From the NCBI GenBank assembly GCA_003223395.1, contig QHUZ01000040.1:69381-133380 (forward strand): a DNA stretch of 64,000 nucleotides. The letters are read 5' to 3'. Made by a program: the position numbers and the translations under genes. Below are positions 17,461 through 27,236 of the stretch, in pieces. The DNA is from Gemmatimonadota bacterium (GTDB taxonomy: Bacteria; Gemmatimonadota; Gemmatimonadetes; Gemmatimonadales; GWC2-71-9). Below the pieces are notes generated by a model. The model searched no databases. It was not told the DNA's origin and worked only from the letters and a program-made list of their open reading frames with translations. Positions within the stretch are counted from its first letter, which is position 1. Each line of letters begins with the position of its first letter.

Positions 17461-20400
17461 CTAGGCGGGTTCCATTTGACCGAGACGGACTCCAACGATA
17501 GTGGAGACCCCCGGCTCCTGCATGGTGACGCCATAGACCGCGTCGGCGGCTTGCATCGTCCGCGGGTTGTGCGTGATCACGATGAACTGCGTCTGGTCCT
17601 TGAACTCCGCCAGCAGGCGGACGTAGCGGCCGACGTTCGCGTCGTCGAGCGGCGCGTCCACCTCGTCCAGCAGACAGAAGGGGCTCGGCTTGGCGAGGAA
17701 AATCGCGAACAGCAGCGAAACCGCGACCAGCGTACGCTCGCCCGAGGAGAGCAAGTGGATCCGCTGGGTGCGTTTACCGCGGGGCGCCGCGTGAATCTCG
17801 ATCTCGCTTTCGAGCGGCTCGTCCTCGTTCGCCAGGCGCACGTCGCATTCGCCGCCGCCGAACAGGGTCTGAAAGACCGACCGGAAATGCTCGCGGACCT
17901 TCGAGAACGACTCGAGGAACAGCGTCTTGGCCGTCTGATCGATCTCCCGCGCCGCTTGCTGCAGCGAGTTTCGCGCGGTCACGAGGTCGTCGCGCTGCGT
18001 CTGCAAGAAATCGAGCCGTTTGGTTGCCTCGGCGTGCTCCTCTACGGCAAGCGCGTTCACCGGTCCGACGTCGTCGATGGCGCCACGCAGCCGGTCGTTC
18101 TCCTGCCGCAGCCACTCGAGGTCGCCCGCGACCTCGGGCGCGTTGGCCAGCAGCTGGTCGAGCGGCTTGCGCCATTCGGTCTCGACGCGCTCGACCAGAC
18201 CGCGCTTGCGACCTTCGATCTCGGTACGCTCGAGCTGCAACCGGTGCTCTTCTTCGCCCAGGGTGGCCAGCGCCTTGCGCGCCTGATCGAGCGCGCCCTC
18301 CGCCTGGCCAACGTCAGCATCGGTCATCCCCACGTGTGTCTCGGCGTCCCGCGCGGCGGTGTCGAGCTCCGTCACAGCCAAACGGCGCTCCTGGAGCGTG
18401 TCTTCCCACTGCGCGCGTTGCGCCGTCAGCGACGCCGTCTCGCGTTCGATCCGGGCGATCTCCTCGGCGCGCGCTCCCGCCTGCTCGCGCGACGCTTTCG
18501 CGTCGCCGCCGGCGCGGGCAGCGCGCTCGGAGGCCGCGGCCAGCCGCGCCTCGACCTGGGCTGCTTCCACCTGCCAGCGCACGCGCTGCTCGCGCGCCGC
18601 CTCCTGCTGCGCCTCGAGGTCGGCCAGACCGACGCGCTCGGCGCTGAGCTGCTCGGCGGAGCGCACGCGCTCGACCTCGCGCTCCTGCAGCTCGACGTGC
18701 AGCGCGCCGAGCCGTGCCTCGACTTCGGCGAGTCGCTTGGTGAGCCGCTCGACAAGTGTGGCGGCTTCTTCCGCCTCCCGCCGGGCGTGAATCAGACCGC
18801 GATCCGCTTCGCCCTTTTCCGCGCCGGCTTCGAGCTCGACGCGACGCGCCTGCTCGGCGCCCTGACCCGCCGCCGTCAGCGCGGCATCAGCGGCGGCGAG
18901 CTCTTTGACCGTGGACTCCTCGGTCGCGCGCGCGCGATCGAGATTCGTCGTCGCCTCACGCACGTCCTTCTCCAGCGCCTCGAGCTCGGCGCGGCGTTGC
19001 AGCGGTCCGGCGGCCGGTGCGCCGCTGTCGAGGAAAACTGCCCCATTCGCACGGCGCAGCGCGCCCGCCCCGATCACCTCATGGCCGGCGAGTAGGGCGC
19101 GCACCCACGCGGCCGCGGGACCGTCCACGCGCAGCTCGTCTTTGAGCGGATTGCCGTCGGCGCCGAGCCGCGGCCCCGGTACGCAGGGCAGCAGCACCAG
19201 CGGGCCGGGTTGATTCTCGGCATGCCAGGCGCTGATCGCCTCGATAGCGGACGCATCGTTCACGAGGACGGCATGGAGCCATTCTCCCAGCAGGCGCTCG
19301 GCCAGCTCGGCGTCGCGCCGGCTGGTTCGGACGAAGTCAGCGAGGGGTCCCAGGACGCCCGGCAGTCGAGCTTTGAGTAGTGCCTGGGCGGCGGGCGCCA
19401 GCCCGACGTGCTCGCGGTCGAGCTCGTTGAGCGCGTCGCGTCGCGCCTCGAGTTGTGCGAGCGCCGCCTCGGCCTGTCGTCGGGCGGACCGGGCGCTCAT
19501 CTCCTGTTCATGCAGCGTGCCGACGTGCCGACGGGCATGTTGGAGCGCTTCGACGGCTCGCACTGCCGCCTGCGCATCGCGATGGACGCGCTGTGTGGCC
19601 GCGGCCGCGTCGCCGGCGGCGTCGGTTGCCGCGGCGTCGCGCGCCCGGCGTTCTTCGGCCGCCAGTGCCAGCTGATCCCGCAGCTCGCTCCGCTCGCGGT
19701 CCAACGCGCCGCCCTCGATTTCCAGCGCCCGCGCCGTCTCGGCGCGACGCTGCAGCCCCTCCTCGAGCTCGCGCACCGCGAGCCGCTCCGCGGTGAGCCG
19801 TCCGCGGACGTTGTCCTCTTCGCCGGTCCGCGCGGCCAGCGCCACATGCACCGCGCTGAGATCACGGTCGGCGGCGGCGCGCTCCGCGGCCGCCGCTTCG
19901 TGCTCGCGCTCGGCCTGCGCCGCGCGCCGCTCGGCCTGGATGCGTTCTTCGGCGGCGGTCTGACGACGCTGGCCCGCGTTGCCCAGCCGCTCGGCGGCGA
20001 GCGCGAGGTCGCTCTCGAGCCTTCCCACTTCGAGCTTGGCGTCGCCCAGCCCGCGCTCGACTTCGGTGCGCCGCGCTTCGGCGGTGTGCCGAGCCTGAAC
20101 CCGCCCTTCGCGCTGATGCTCGGCGGCGTCGAGGCGCGCGCGTGCCGCGGGGAGCTGCTCGGCCACCTCGCGCGCGCGAACCCCGAGCGATCCGAGCGAC
20201 AGATCGAAATCTTCGATTTCGCGGCGCACCAACGTCATCGCGATGCCAAACCGCTCTTCGATCATCTTGCCGTAGCGCTCGGCTCGGCCGCGCTGGCGCG
20301 CGAGGCTGCGGACCTGCGTCTGCACCTCGGCGATCAAGTCCTCGAGGCGGGCGAGGTCGGCCGCGGTCTCCTCGAGCCGCCGCTCCGTGCTTTTCTTGCG

Positions 20401-20916
20401 GTCGCGATACAACCCGATGCCCGCGGCTTCTTCGAAGAGCGCCCGCCGCTCTTCGGCTTTCTCCGACAACAGGGCCTCGATCATCTTCGCTTCCATGACG
20501 ACGGCGGCATCCGCGCCCAGGCCCGTCCCGCGCAACATGTCCTGGATGTCCCGGAGTCGTACCGGCGAACGATTCAGCATGTATTCGCTCTGACCCGAGC
20601 GCGACAGGCGGCGCGTGACGACGACTTCCTGATATGCGATCGGCAGGCTCCCGTCGGAGTTGTCGAAGACGAGCGACACTTCGGCGACGTTCACGGGCCG
20701 GCGGCCGGTCGATCCCTGGAAGATCACGTCTTCCATTTTTCCGCCGCGCAGCAGGCGTGGCGACTGCTCGCCGAGCACCCAGCGCACCGCGTCGGAGATG
20801 TTCGACTTGCCGCAGCCGTTGGGGCCGACGATGGCGGTCACGCCCTGATCGAAGGGCAGCTCCACCGAACCGGCGAACGATTTGAAGCCTGAGAGCTCGA
20901 GCCTGCTCAGTCTCAT
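17461..20916 (-). CDS. smc: Chromosome partition protein Smc
   Basis: ATG 20916 (MRLSRLELSGFKSF) with ATGA overlap to the upstream stop. Walker A GPNGCGKSN, long coiled coils, signature block LLSSGERTL (a variant of LSGGE), and Walker B FCLLDEVDAPLD. The listed 1386-aa ORF extension is Arg-rich and overlaps the SPOR gene. Confidence 0.95.
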   Translation of the reverse strand: MRLSRLELSGFKSFAGSVELPFDQGVTAIVGPNGCGKSNISDAVRWVLGEQSPRLLRGGKMEDVIFQGSTGRRPVNVAEVSLVFDNSDGSLPIAYQEVVVTRRLSRSGQSEYMLNRSPVRLRDIQDMLRGTGLGADAAVVMEAKMIEALLSEKAEERRALFEEAAGIGLYRDRKKSTERRLEETAADLARLEDLIAEVQTQVRSLARQRGRAERYGKMIEERFGIAMTLVRREIEDFDLSLGSLGVRAREVAEQLPAARARLDAAEHQREGRVQARHTAEARRTEVERGLGDAKLEVGRLESDLALAAERLGNAGQRRQTAAEERIQAERRAAQAEREHEAAAAERAAADRDLSAVHVALAARTGEEDNVRGRLTAERLAVRELEEGLQRRAETARALEIEGGALDRERSELRDQLALAAEERRARDAAATDAAGDAAAATQRVHRDAQAAVRAVEALQHARRHVGTLHEQEMSARSARRQAEAALAQLEARRDALNELDREHVGLAPAAQALLKARLPGVLGPLADFVRTSRRDAELAERLLGEWLHAVLVNDASAIEAISAWHAENQPGPLVLLPCVPGPRLGADGNPLKDELRVDGPAAAWVRALLAGHEVIGAGALRRANGAVFLDSGAPAAGPLQRRAELEALEKDVREATTNLDRARATEESTVKELAAADAALTAAGQGAEQARRVELEAGAEKGEADRGLIHARREAEEAATLVERLTKRLAEVEARLGALHVELQEREVERVRSAEQLSAERVGLADLEAQQEAAREQRVRWQVEAAQVEARLAAASERAARAGGDAKASREQAGARAEEIARIERETASLTAQRAQWEDTLQERRLAVTELDTAARDAETHVGMTDADVGQAEGALDQARKALATLGEEEHRLQLERTEIEGRKRGLVERVETEWRKPLDQLLANAPEVAGDLEWLRQENDRLRGAIDDVGPVNALAVEEHAEATKRLDFLQTQRDDLVTARNSLQQAAREIDQTAKTLFLESFSKVREHFRSVFQTLFGGGECDVRLANEDEPLESEIEIHAAPRGKRTQRIHLLSSGERTLVAVSLLFAIFLAKPSPFCLLDEVDAPLDDANVGRYVRLLAEFKDQTQFIVITHNPRTMQAADAVYGVTMQEPGVSTIVGVRLGQMEPA

Positions 20917-22163
20917 GGTGTCCCCATGCGAGGGAGTAGGTTCGCGCGCACACCGGCGCGCTTGAGTGCGGCTTGCGTGAACGCCGCCTGGTCGGGTGCT
21001 TCGAAAGCGCCCAGCAGGATCACGCCGTTGGACCAGCGCACCGCAGGGAGTCCGCGGCGCCGCAACGTATCGAGCGACGCGCCCGCGGGGGCATGATAGG
21101 AGTACGGGGCGAGCAACAGATCGCCGACGCCTTCGGACGCGAGGCCGCGGCGCCACAGGCCGGCGCGCGCGGTGCCGGCCGCCGCCCGTGTCGCGTAGGA
21201 ACCCGCGAGCACGCGATACCAGACGGACCCATTGCCACCCTGCCGCACCGGCGTCACGAGCGCCGGCACGCCTGCATCCGCCGCGAGCCGGTCGGCGTGC
21301 GCCAGGGCTTTGTCGAGTGACGCGTACGCCGCGAGCTGGATCGTCCAGCCGAGGGTATCGCGTGGGACGGCGAGCGGCTTCGGAGGAGCGTTGGTGGAGG
21401 GTGTGGAGGTTGTCGAGGTTGTGGAGGAAGTCGGCGGGGCGACAGGCGGGGCGGGCGGCGCGACGAACGACTCGCGCGCTCGCGCGAGCAGCGCCCATCC
21501 TCCGACCGCCAGCGCCGCCACGATCAGCGCTGCAAGTGCCAGCCGTAAACCGCGCCGCGGTTCGTGCTCCACCGCCACAGTCATCGCCGGTGGCGAGACG
21601 CGCGGACTGGATGGGAGCCATCGATCGCGCACGACGCCAAGCAGCGGCACATCGCGCGGCAGCGCGAACTCGGGACCCACGCCTTCGGGTGCCAGCAGGA
21701 GCACGCCGTCAGGCGCCGCCGACAACTGTGCGAGTCCGGTGAGCGGCAGTAATGCGAGAAGCAGGGCGCCCTCGGAGCGGAAACCCGCCTGCAACTTCGG
21801 CCACCGCGCATGCGCATAGACCTCCGCCGGATGTGCGGTCTCGGAGCCGGCGGGGATGATGAATACACCTGTCACCTCATGCGCAGCCTTGTTGAGCGAG
21901 ACCCCGTACTCGAATGCGTCCACGATGCCTTCGGTCGCATGCAGCCCGGCGATCTCGTGGAGCGCGGGGTTCTCGAGGCACAAATCCACCAGTGCGACGC
22001 GTCGGCCGTCGCGTGCGGCGATGCGGGCGATGTCCCAGGCGGCTTTAGCCGCCCACGGCGGATCGCCCGCCAACGTCACCAGCGCGACCAGTGCCGCGTC
22101 ATCCACGAGCGGCGGAACCAGATGACCGAGCCGCGAGAGCGGCAACTGGCGGACGCTGGTCAC
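20913..22163 (-). CDS. Bitopic membrane protein: degenerate MinD/BY-kinase-like P-loop domain, TM helix, Pro/Thr/Ser linker, two SPOR-like domains
   Basis: GTG 22163 (GTGA overlap). LVALVTLAGDPPWAAKAAWDIARIAARDGRRVALVDL follows the strand/P-loop/helix/strand pattern but lacks GK[ST]. TM helix LALAALIVAALAVGGWALL. C-terminal WTIQLAAYASLDKALAHADRL...WYRVLAGSY is SPOR-like. Confidence 0.65.
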   Translation of the reverse strand: MTSVRQLPLSRLGHLVPPLVDDAALVALVTLAGDPPWAAKAAWDIARIAARDGRRVALVDLCLENPALHEIAGLHATEGIVDAFEYGVSLNKAAHEVTGVFIIPAGSETAHPAEVYAHARWPKLQAGFRSEGALLLALLPLTGLAQLSAAPDGVLLLAPEGVGPEFALPRDVPLLGVVRDRWLPSSPRVSPPAMTVAVEHEPRRGLRLALAALIVAALAVGGWALLARARESFVAPPAPPVAPPTSSTTSTTSTPSTNAPPKPLAVPRDTLGWTIQLAAYASLDKALAHADRLAADAGVPALVTPVRQGGNGSVWYRVLAGSYATRAAAGTARAGLWRRGLASEGVGDLLLAPYSYHAPAGASLDTLRRRGLPAVRWSNGVILLGAFEAPDQAAFTQAALKRAGVRANLLPRMGTP

Positions 22164-23584
22164 TGTCCGGGCTGGTAGATCCAGAAGGGGCGGCCCAGGC
22201 GGCGTCCTGTCGCTTCGGCCTGCGCGCGCGTGGGGTATGGGCCGAGCACGACGCGATAGCCGTCGTCCGGGTGCTGCGGCGGCAGGACGCGCGCCGCCAA
22301 CCCTGCCCGCGTGAGATCGTCGGCGAGGTGGCCCGACCACTCGGGGTTCTGTGACGTGGAGACCTGTACGTACAACGGCCCTTCCGCGCCGGCGCCCGAG
22401 CTATCGGAAGCCGCCGAGGCCACAGTACTCGCGGGAACCCCACGAGGGAGCCACGTGGTCAGCACCCAGATATCGGCGGCGCCATTCGTCACCTTGCCGA
22501 CGTCGGTCAGCGAATCGGGCCGCGCCGACACCACGTCCTTGCCGCTCCGGTAGATCAGCATCCCGTCCGGCGAGATGGCCGGCAGATCCCATTTCCATGC
22601 CGTCGGGACGATGCCGGTGTGGCGCTTGATCGGGAGATCGACAATCCATGCCGAGTCGCCGACCGCGGGGCGGGCCAGCAGCCAGCGGCCAAGCGGGTCG
22701 AGGCGCAGCGCCGCGACGGGACCGGGCAGCGCGACGCCGTCGAGCTCCTTGCGTTCGTAGCGATCGACCACCGCGAGTCCCGGCATGTTGCGCCGTGCCA
22801 CATAGATCCGATGACCCGATGGCGAGAATGCGAGTGCGCGCGGCGCGTCCGTCAGTCTCACGAACGCCGGGTCACGGCGTCCGATCGGATCGTAAAACGT
22901 CACGCCGGAGTCGCTCGCGACGGCGACAAGGTCGCCCCAGCGGGTCGCGGCGACGTCGCCACCGGCGGCGATGGGGCGTACGGTCGGCGGTTGATCGGCC
23001 GCGGCGACGAGCAAGCGATCCTGCGGGATCACGCCGACGAGATGCTGATCGGCGGCGCCGAACAGATCGCGCGGGAGCGCCGTCAGCGCCTGCGGCCACG
23101 CAAATCGCGTCCGGCGCGAGAGCGAGACCACGTGACGGGACGAATCGACGGCGTATAGCGTCCCATCGGGCCCGAGGGCGGCCTGCTTGATGTTGCTGCC
23201 GACGGTGTCCACGCGGCCGCTGCCGAGATCGAGCGCGAGCAAGTCGTGTTTGCCGGTCGTGACAAAGAGGAATTCGGATTCAGGGTCGAGGCCGATGACC
23301 CGCTCGAGGGGCGGCAGTTTGCCCTTCAGCACCCCCTCGACCGGAGTGAGCCGCGGCAGCCGGTAGAGCTGCGGTGTGCCGCCTTTGGCGGGCAGCCGGA
23401 TCGCGACTCCCGGGGAACGCGCGAGAATCTGGAGCTGGCTAACCAGTTGCGGCGACTGCTGTTGTGACGATCCAGCCGCCGGCGCCCGAGGGCCACAGCC
23501 CCAAAGCGTGAGAGACGCGAACAGAAGGAAGCGGGAGATAGACAATTGGCCTCGCCGGACAAAATAGATAACCGGCGAGGCCAT
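22160..23584 (-). CDS. Lipoprotein with beta-propeller-like repeats and a C-terminal SPOR domain
   Basis: Lipobox SLTLWGC. Repeats of the SPDG/LYAVD type. C-terminal LYVQVSTSQNPEWSGHLADDLTRAGLAARVLP...YRVVLGPYPTRAQAEA is SPOR-like. Confidence 0.65.
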   Translation of the reverse strand: MASPVIYFVRRGQLSISRFLLFASLTLWGCGPRAPAAGSSQQQSPQLVSQLQILARSPGVAIRLPAKGGTPQLYRLPRLTPVEGVLKGKLPPLERVIGLDPESEFLFVTTGKHDLLALDLGSGRVDTVGSNIKQAALGPDGTLYAVDSSRHVVSLSRRTRFAWPQALTALPRDLFGAADQHLVGVIPQDRLLVAAADQPPTVRPIAAGGDVAATRWGDLVAVASDSGVTFYDPIGRRDPAFVRLTDAPRALAFSPSGHRIYVARRNMPGLAVVDRYERKELDGVALPGPVAALRLDPLGRWLLARPAVGDSAWIVDLPIKRHTGIVPTAWKWDLPAISPDGMLIYRSGKDVVSARPDSLTDVGKVTNGAADIWVLTTWLPRGVPASTVASAASDSSGAGAEGPLYVQVSTSQNPEWSGHLADDLTRAGLAARVLPPQHPDDGYRVVLGPYPTRAQAEATGRRLGRPFWIYQPGQ

Positions 23585-23608
23585 TGCAACTGTTTTATTG
23601 AAGCGGAG

Positions 23609-26600
23609 TTAGAACGTCGGACCTAAACTGATGGTCCAATAAGAGTGTTTGAGCGGCCGGTCGAGCGGCTTCGTGTAGTCGAGCCGCATGATCAGCAGGC
23701 CGAAGACGTTCGCGCGGATCGAGCCACCCCAACTCCGCAGCGGCGTCCGAACCAGCACCGGGTCGTCTCCGACCTGTCGATGCCATTTGACGGTGCTCGC
23801 GTCGTCCCACGCCATCCCGATGTCGTAGAAGAACGCGCCTTCGATCGGGGGGAATCCCACCGGCAGGAAGCCGAGCACCAGGCTGCGCGTCAGCGGGAAG
23901 CGCAGCTCCACGTTGCCCACCGCGATCTTCGATCCGATCAGCTGGTCGAGCTCGGCGCATCCGGTTTGCGACCTCGACTGCGGATTCGCGACGCACTCAT
24001 GGTTGCGGAACGACCCGGCGGTGTAGCCGCGAATCAACTCGGTGCTGCCGAGGAATACCGGGAAGCGATCGGCGTCGCGACCGAAGCGGCCGAACATCAG
24101 CCCGCGGACGGCGATCGTGAACGGCCGGAAGAAGAGATACCGCCGGTAATCGATCAGGCCCGCGGTGAATTGCCAGCTGCCGATTGCCGGCGAGATGGAG
24201 AATCGCGACCGCGAACCCGCGAACGGCCCGACGTACCCGAACAGCGTGTTGTCGTGCACGTGCGCGATCGACGGCTGTACGAACGTCGCGGACGGCCCGC
24301 CGCCCTGCACGAGCCGCTGATTGAACGGCCCCGAGGCGTCATACAGTGTCTGTAGATCGAGTGTCGCTTCCGAGATGTTGACCGCGTGCAGGCCGAGCTC
24401 GATGCGGTTGAAGCGGCTGAACGGATACGACGATTCCGCAAACGCGTCGCGAATGACGAAGCGCCGAATGCGCGTCGAGAAGACGTCGACGCTGTCACCA
24501 ACACCGGGGTTGCGCGAATCGTCGATCCGCGTCCAGTCGCTGCCGCCGTAGAAGTACAGTGGATCCTGCGAGAAGCCGCCCGCCCAATTCAGGCGATGTG
24601 ACTGATTGACGTACAGACCGAGGAACTGGGCCTCGCTGATGCGTCCGTTGATCGAGCCGGCGAACACGACCGAGTGATTGCCCAGGATGTCCGAAAGCGC
24701 GATCGCCGTCCCGCCGAACACGCCGCGGCCGAAATTGTCGCGCTGGTACCCGACGGTCGGCCGCACGACGTAGTCGGCCGTAAACCGCACCTTGTAGGGC
24801 CGGAACGTGAATTCGTTCGTGTCGGGGAGCGACAGCGTCGCGGAGTCGAGCAGCGCCCGAACCGTGAGGGGCGGAGGCGCCGCCGAAGATTCGGCGCGCT
24901 GCGGCAGCGCCGATGGCCGGAATCCGGTCGCCGAGCGATAGATCGAGACTCCGGTGGAGAACGTCGGCAGGTTGGACGCGGACCCCGCCCCGGTGCCGCC
25001 GAGTGCCACCAACGCCGCTCGGGGCGCCTGCAAGATGGTATCCCGTTCTTCCGCCTGCAGCAGCGTCACGACCGGCTGCGTGGTGGGACCGTGATAGGGC
25101 CCGCGACGCAGCGAGCGCGGGTTCTCCAGCGAGTACACGCTGTACTGGCCGTCCTCGTAATAGACGAACGCCATGCGGTCGGCCTGCGGCGCCCACGTGA
25201 GCACGGGAGACAGCGGTGTGATGCCCTGGACCCCGGTGAACATGTTCGTGAGCTGATAGATCTGCCCATCGGCCAAGTCGTAGAGGAAGACATTGGCGAT
25301 GCCGGTGCGGTCGGAAACGAACGCCAGCGAACGGCCGTCGGGTGCCCACACGGGATTGATGTTCTTCCCGATCTCCATGTTGCCGAGCATATCGATCGCG
25401 CCGCTCTCGAGATGGAGCAGCGCAATCCGCAGATTCCCGAAGCGCAGCAGATCGAAATCGGTCTCGCCGCCGCGGTCGGTCACGAACGCGATGGTCTTGC
25501 CGTCGGGCGACCAGGCGGGGTGGAGGTCGGCGAACTTGTCGTTGGTGAGGCGCCGCAGCCCCGTGCCGTCCCGATTGATAATGAAGAGATCGGTGAAGCC
25601 GTTGCTGAAGCCGGTGAAAACGAGCTGCGTGCCGTCCGGCGACCATTGCGGTGTCTGCAGCGCGCTCAGGCCGACCTGAATGCGGCGATCCTCCCGGCCG
25701 CGCTTCACGTCGAGAATCACGAGATCATCGCGGTCCTTGCGCTTTGCGGCGATCGCGAAATAGCGGCCGTCAGGAGAGAACGCCCCCGCTGAATTGATGA
25801 AGCGCAGGCTCTCGTAATTGTTGTTCTGCGTCGACTTCACCAGCCGGCGCTTGACGCGTCCCGTCTCGGCATCCGCGAGCCAGAGATCGATGAAGAAGCC
25901 GCCCTGATCGCCGAAGTACGCGATGTCCTTGCCGTCCGGCGTGAGCGCCGGCGCGAGGAAGATGCGCCCGCGCGAGTGCCGCTGCGTGAGCGTCGGCTGC
26001 GCGATACGGCGGGCCCGGTAATGATCGCCCAGCTGCGGCAGGAACGTCGTTTGGATCGCGTCACGCCAGTCGTTGGAGAGATCCTCGAGCGAGCGGCCGA
26101 GCGCGCGCTTGAACGCGGCGTCGAGCCCCGAGGTCGCGGAGCTCTGCAGTATTTCGCCGATCACTTCATCGCCCCACTTCTCGCCGATGTAGGCCCAGAG
26201 GGCGTGGCCGTAGCGATACGGGAAGATGTAGGGATCGGTCGTCATCTCTTCGATCGAGGGGAGATGGCCCTCGAGTGCCGCGTCGCGCAGCCACATCGAG
26301 GTCTCGGGATTGATGGGGCCAAGCGACAGATACTCCGCCATCCCTTCCATGAACCAGAGCGGCGGATTGACGGCCACCAGCGTCTGCACGCCCGCGCCGG
26401 GGCGGCCGCGGCTGTATACGTCGTACTGGAACTGGTGTACCATCTCGTGCTGCAGCACGTGCTCGAACTCGGCGTACGACCCGGTGAACGGCAGCACGGC
26501 GCGGTGCTTGAAGAACTCCGTCACCCCGCCGAGGCCTTCGCCCGATGCATCGACGACGTTCGTCTGCTGGAAATCGGACTGCGAGGCGTACAGGATGATC

Positions 26601-26854
26601 GGCTTGCGGCTCAGGAAGTTGTGGTGGAGGATGCGCGACAGACGGGCGTACGCGCGTTCGGCCATGCGCGCCGCGTCGAGCGCGCCGCCGCGCTCATCCG
26701 GATAGTAGTAGATGTCGAAGTGTTCGGTCTGAATCGATTGGAAGTTGAAGCTGCGGTACTGCACCTTGTTCTGACCGAAGTACTGTGCCGCCGCCGCTTG
26801 CGCAGTGACCAGAAGCGCGGTGCCGACCATCAGCCCAACCATGCTACGTCTCAT
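23609..26854 (-). CDS. Outer-membrane fusion protein: peptidase_MA-like (HExxH) domain, TolB/PD40 beta-propeller repeats, C-terminal Omp85/surface-antigen beta-barrel
   Basis: Signal peptide MRRSMVGLMVGTALLVTAQAAAAQ. HEMVHQFQ...LWFMEGMAEYLS (gluzincin-like). Multiple SPDG/DIY/DLF PD40 blades. C-terminal GGSIRANVFGLLIMRLDYTKPL...ISLGPTF is Omp85-like and ends in Phe. Confidence 0.75.
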   Translation of the reverse strand: MRRSMVGLMVGTALLVTAQAAAAQYFGQNKVQYRSFNFQSIQTEHFDIYYYPDERGGALDAARMAERAYARLSRILHHNFLSRKPIILYASQSDFQQTNVVDASGEGLGGVTEFFKHRAVLPFTGSYAEFEHVLQHEMVHQFQYDVYSRGRPGAGVQTLVAVNPPLWFMEGMAEYLSLGPINPETSMWLRDAALEGHLPSIEEMTTDPYIFPYRYGHALWAYIGEKWGDEVIGEILQSSATSGLDAAFKRALGRSLEDLSNDWRDAIQTTFLPQLGDHYRARRIAQPTLTQRHSRGRIFLAPALTPDGKDIAYFGDQGGFFIDLWLADAETGRVKRRLVKSTQNNNYESLRFINSAGAFSPDGRYFAIAAKRKDRDDLVILDVKRGREDRRIQVGLSALQTPQWSPDGTQLVFTGFSNGFTDLFIINRDGTGLRRLTNDKFADLHPAWSPDGKTIAFVTDRGGETDFDLLRFGNLRIALLHLESGAIDMLGNMEIGKNINPVWAPDGRSLAFVSDRTGIANVFLYDLADGQIYQLTNMFTGVQGITPLSPVLTWAPQADRMAFVYYEDGQYSVYSLENPRSLRRGPYHGPTTQPVVTLLQAEERDTILQAPRAALVALGGTGAGSASNLPTFSTGVSIYRSATGFRPSALPQRAESSAAPPPLTVRALLDSATLSLPDTNEFTFRPYKVRFTADYVVRPTVGYQRDNFGRGVFGGTAIALSDILGNHSVVFAGSINGRISEAQFLGLYVNQSHRLNWAGGFSQDPLYFYGGSDWTRIDDSRNPGVGDSVDVFSTRIRRFVIRDAFAESSYPFSRFNRIELGLHAVNISEATLDLQTLYDASGPFNQRLVQGGGPSATFVQPSIAHVHDNTLFGYVGPFAGSRSRFSISPAIGSWQFTAGLIDYRRYLFFRPFTIAVRGLMFGRFGRDADRFPVFLGSTELIRGYTAGSFRNHECVANPQSRSQTGCAELDQLIGSKIAVGNVELRFPLTRSLVLGFLPVGFPPIEGAFFYDIGMAWDDASTVKWHRQVGDDPVLVRTPLRSWGGSIRANVFGLLIMRLDYTKPLDRPLKHSYWTISLGPTF

Positions 26855-26860
26855 ACATCC

Positions 26861-27223
26861 CTAACCTTTCGCGCTCTGTCCGTCTGGGTCGCCAGCGGCG
26901 ACAACTGGCGCGTCCCCCCACAGCCGTTCGAGCTGATAGAACTCACGCAGCTCGGGATGAAACACGTGCACCACGAAGTCCACATAGTCGAGCAATACCC
27001 AGCGCCCCTGTGCGAGCCCTTCCACATGATGGGGCTCGACCCCCGCCGGCGCGAGGGCCGTCACGAGGTGCTCCGCCATTCCCCGCACATGGGCGTTCGA
27101 CGTTCCAGAAACGATCACGAAGTAGTCGGTAGCCTCGCACAAGCCGCGTAGATCCAATACTACTGGATCGACCGCCTTACGGTCGACCAGCGCGTCCACA
27201 ACCTGTGAGAGCTCAGTCTTCAT
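26861..27223 (-). CDS. rsfS: Ribosomal silencing factor RsfS
   Basis: KAVDPVVLDLRGLCEATDYFVIVSGTSNAHVRGMAEHL...WVLLDYVDFVVHVFHPELREFYQLERLW matches the RsfS/Iojap family. Confidence 0.9.
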   Translation of the reverse strand: MKTELSQVVDALVDRKAVDPVVLDLRGLCEATDYFVIVSGTSNAHVRGMAEHLVTALAPAGVEPHHVEGLAQGRWVLLDYVDFVVHVFHPELREFYQLERLWGDAPVVAAGDPDGQSAKG

Positions 27224-27236
27224 TCTGAAAGAGCGC

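Noticed and set aside
17476-20892. Long plus-strand ORFs (17476-19095 and 19408-20892).
   Set aside because: They lie antisense to smc. Their low-complexity Arg/Leu/Ala-rich translations mirror the coiled-coil codons, and no motifs are present.
20917-21621. The upstream extension of the smc ORF (listed as 1386 aa).
   Set aside because: The extension is Arg-rich and overlaps the SPOR protein gene in another frame. The conserved SMC N-terminus starts at ATG 20916.
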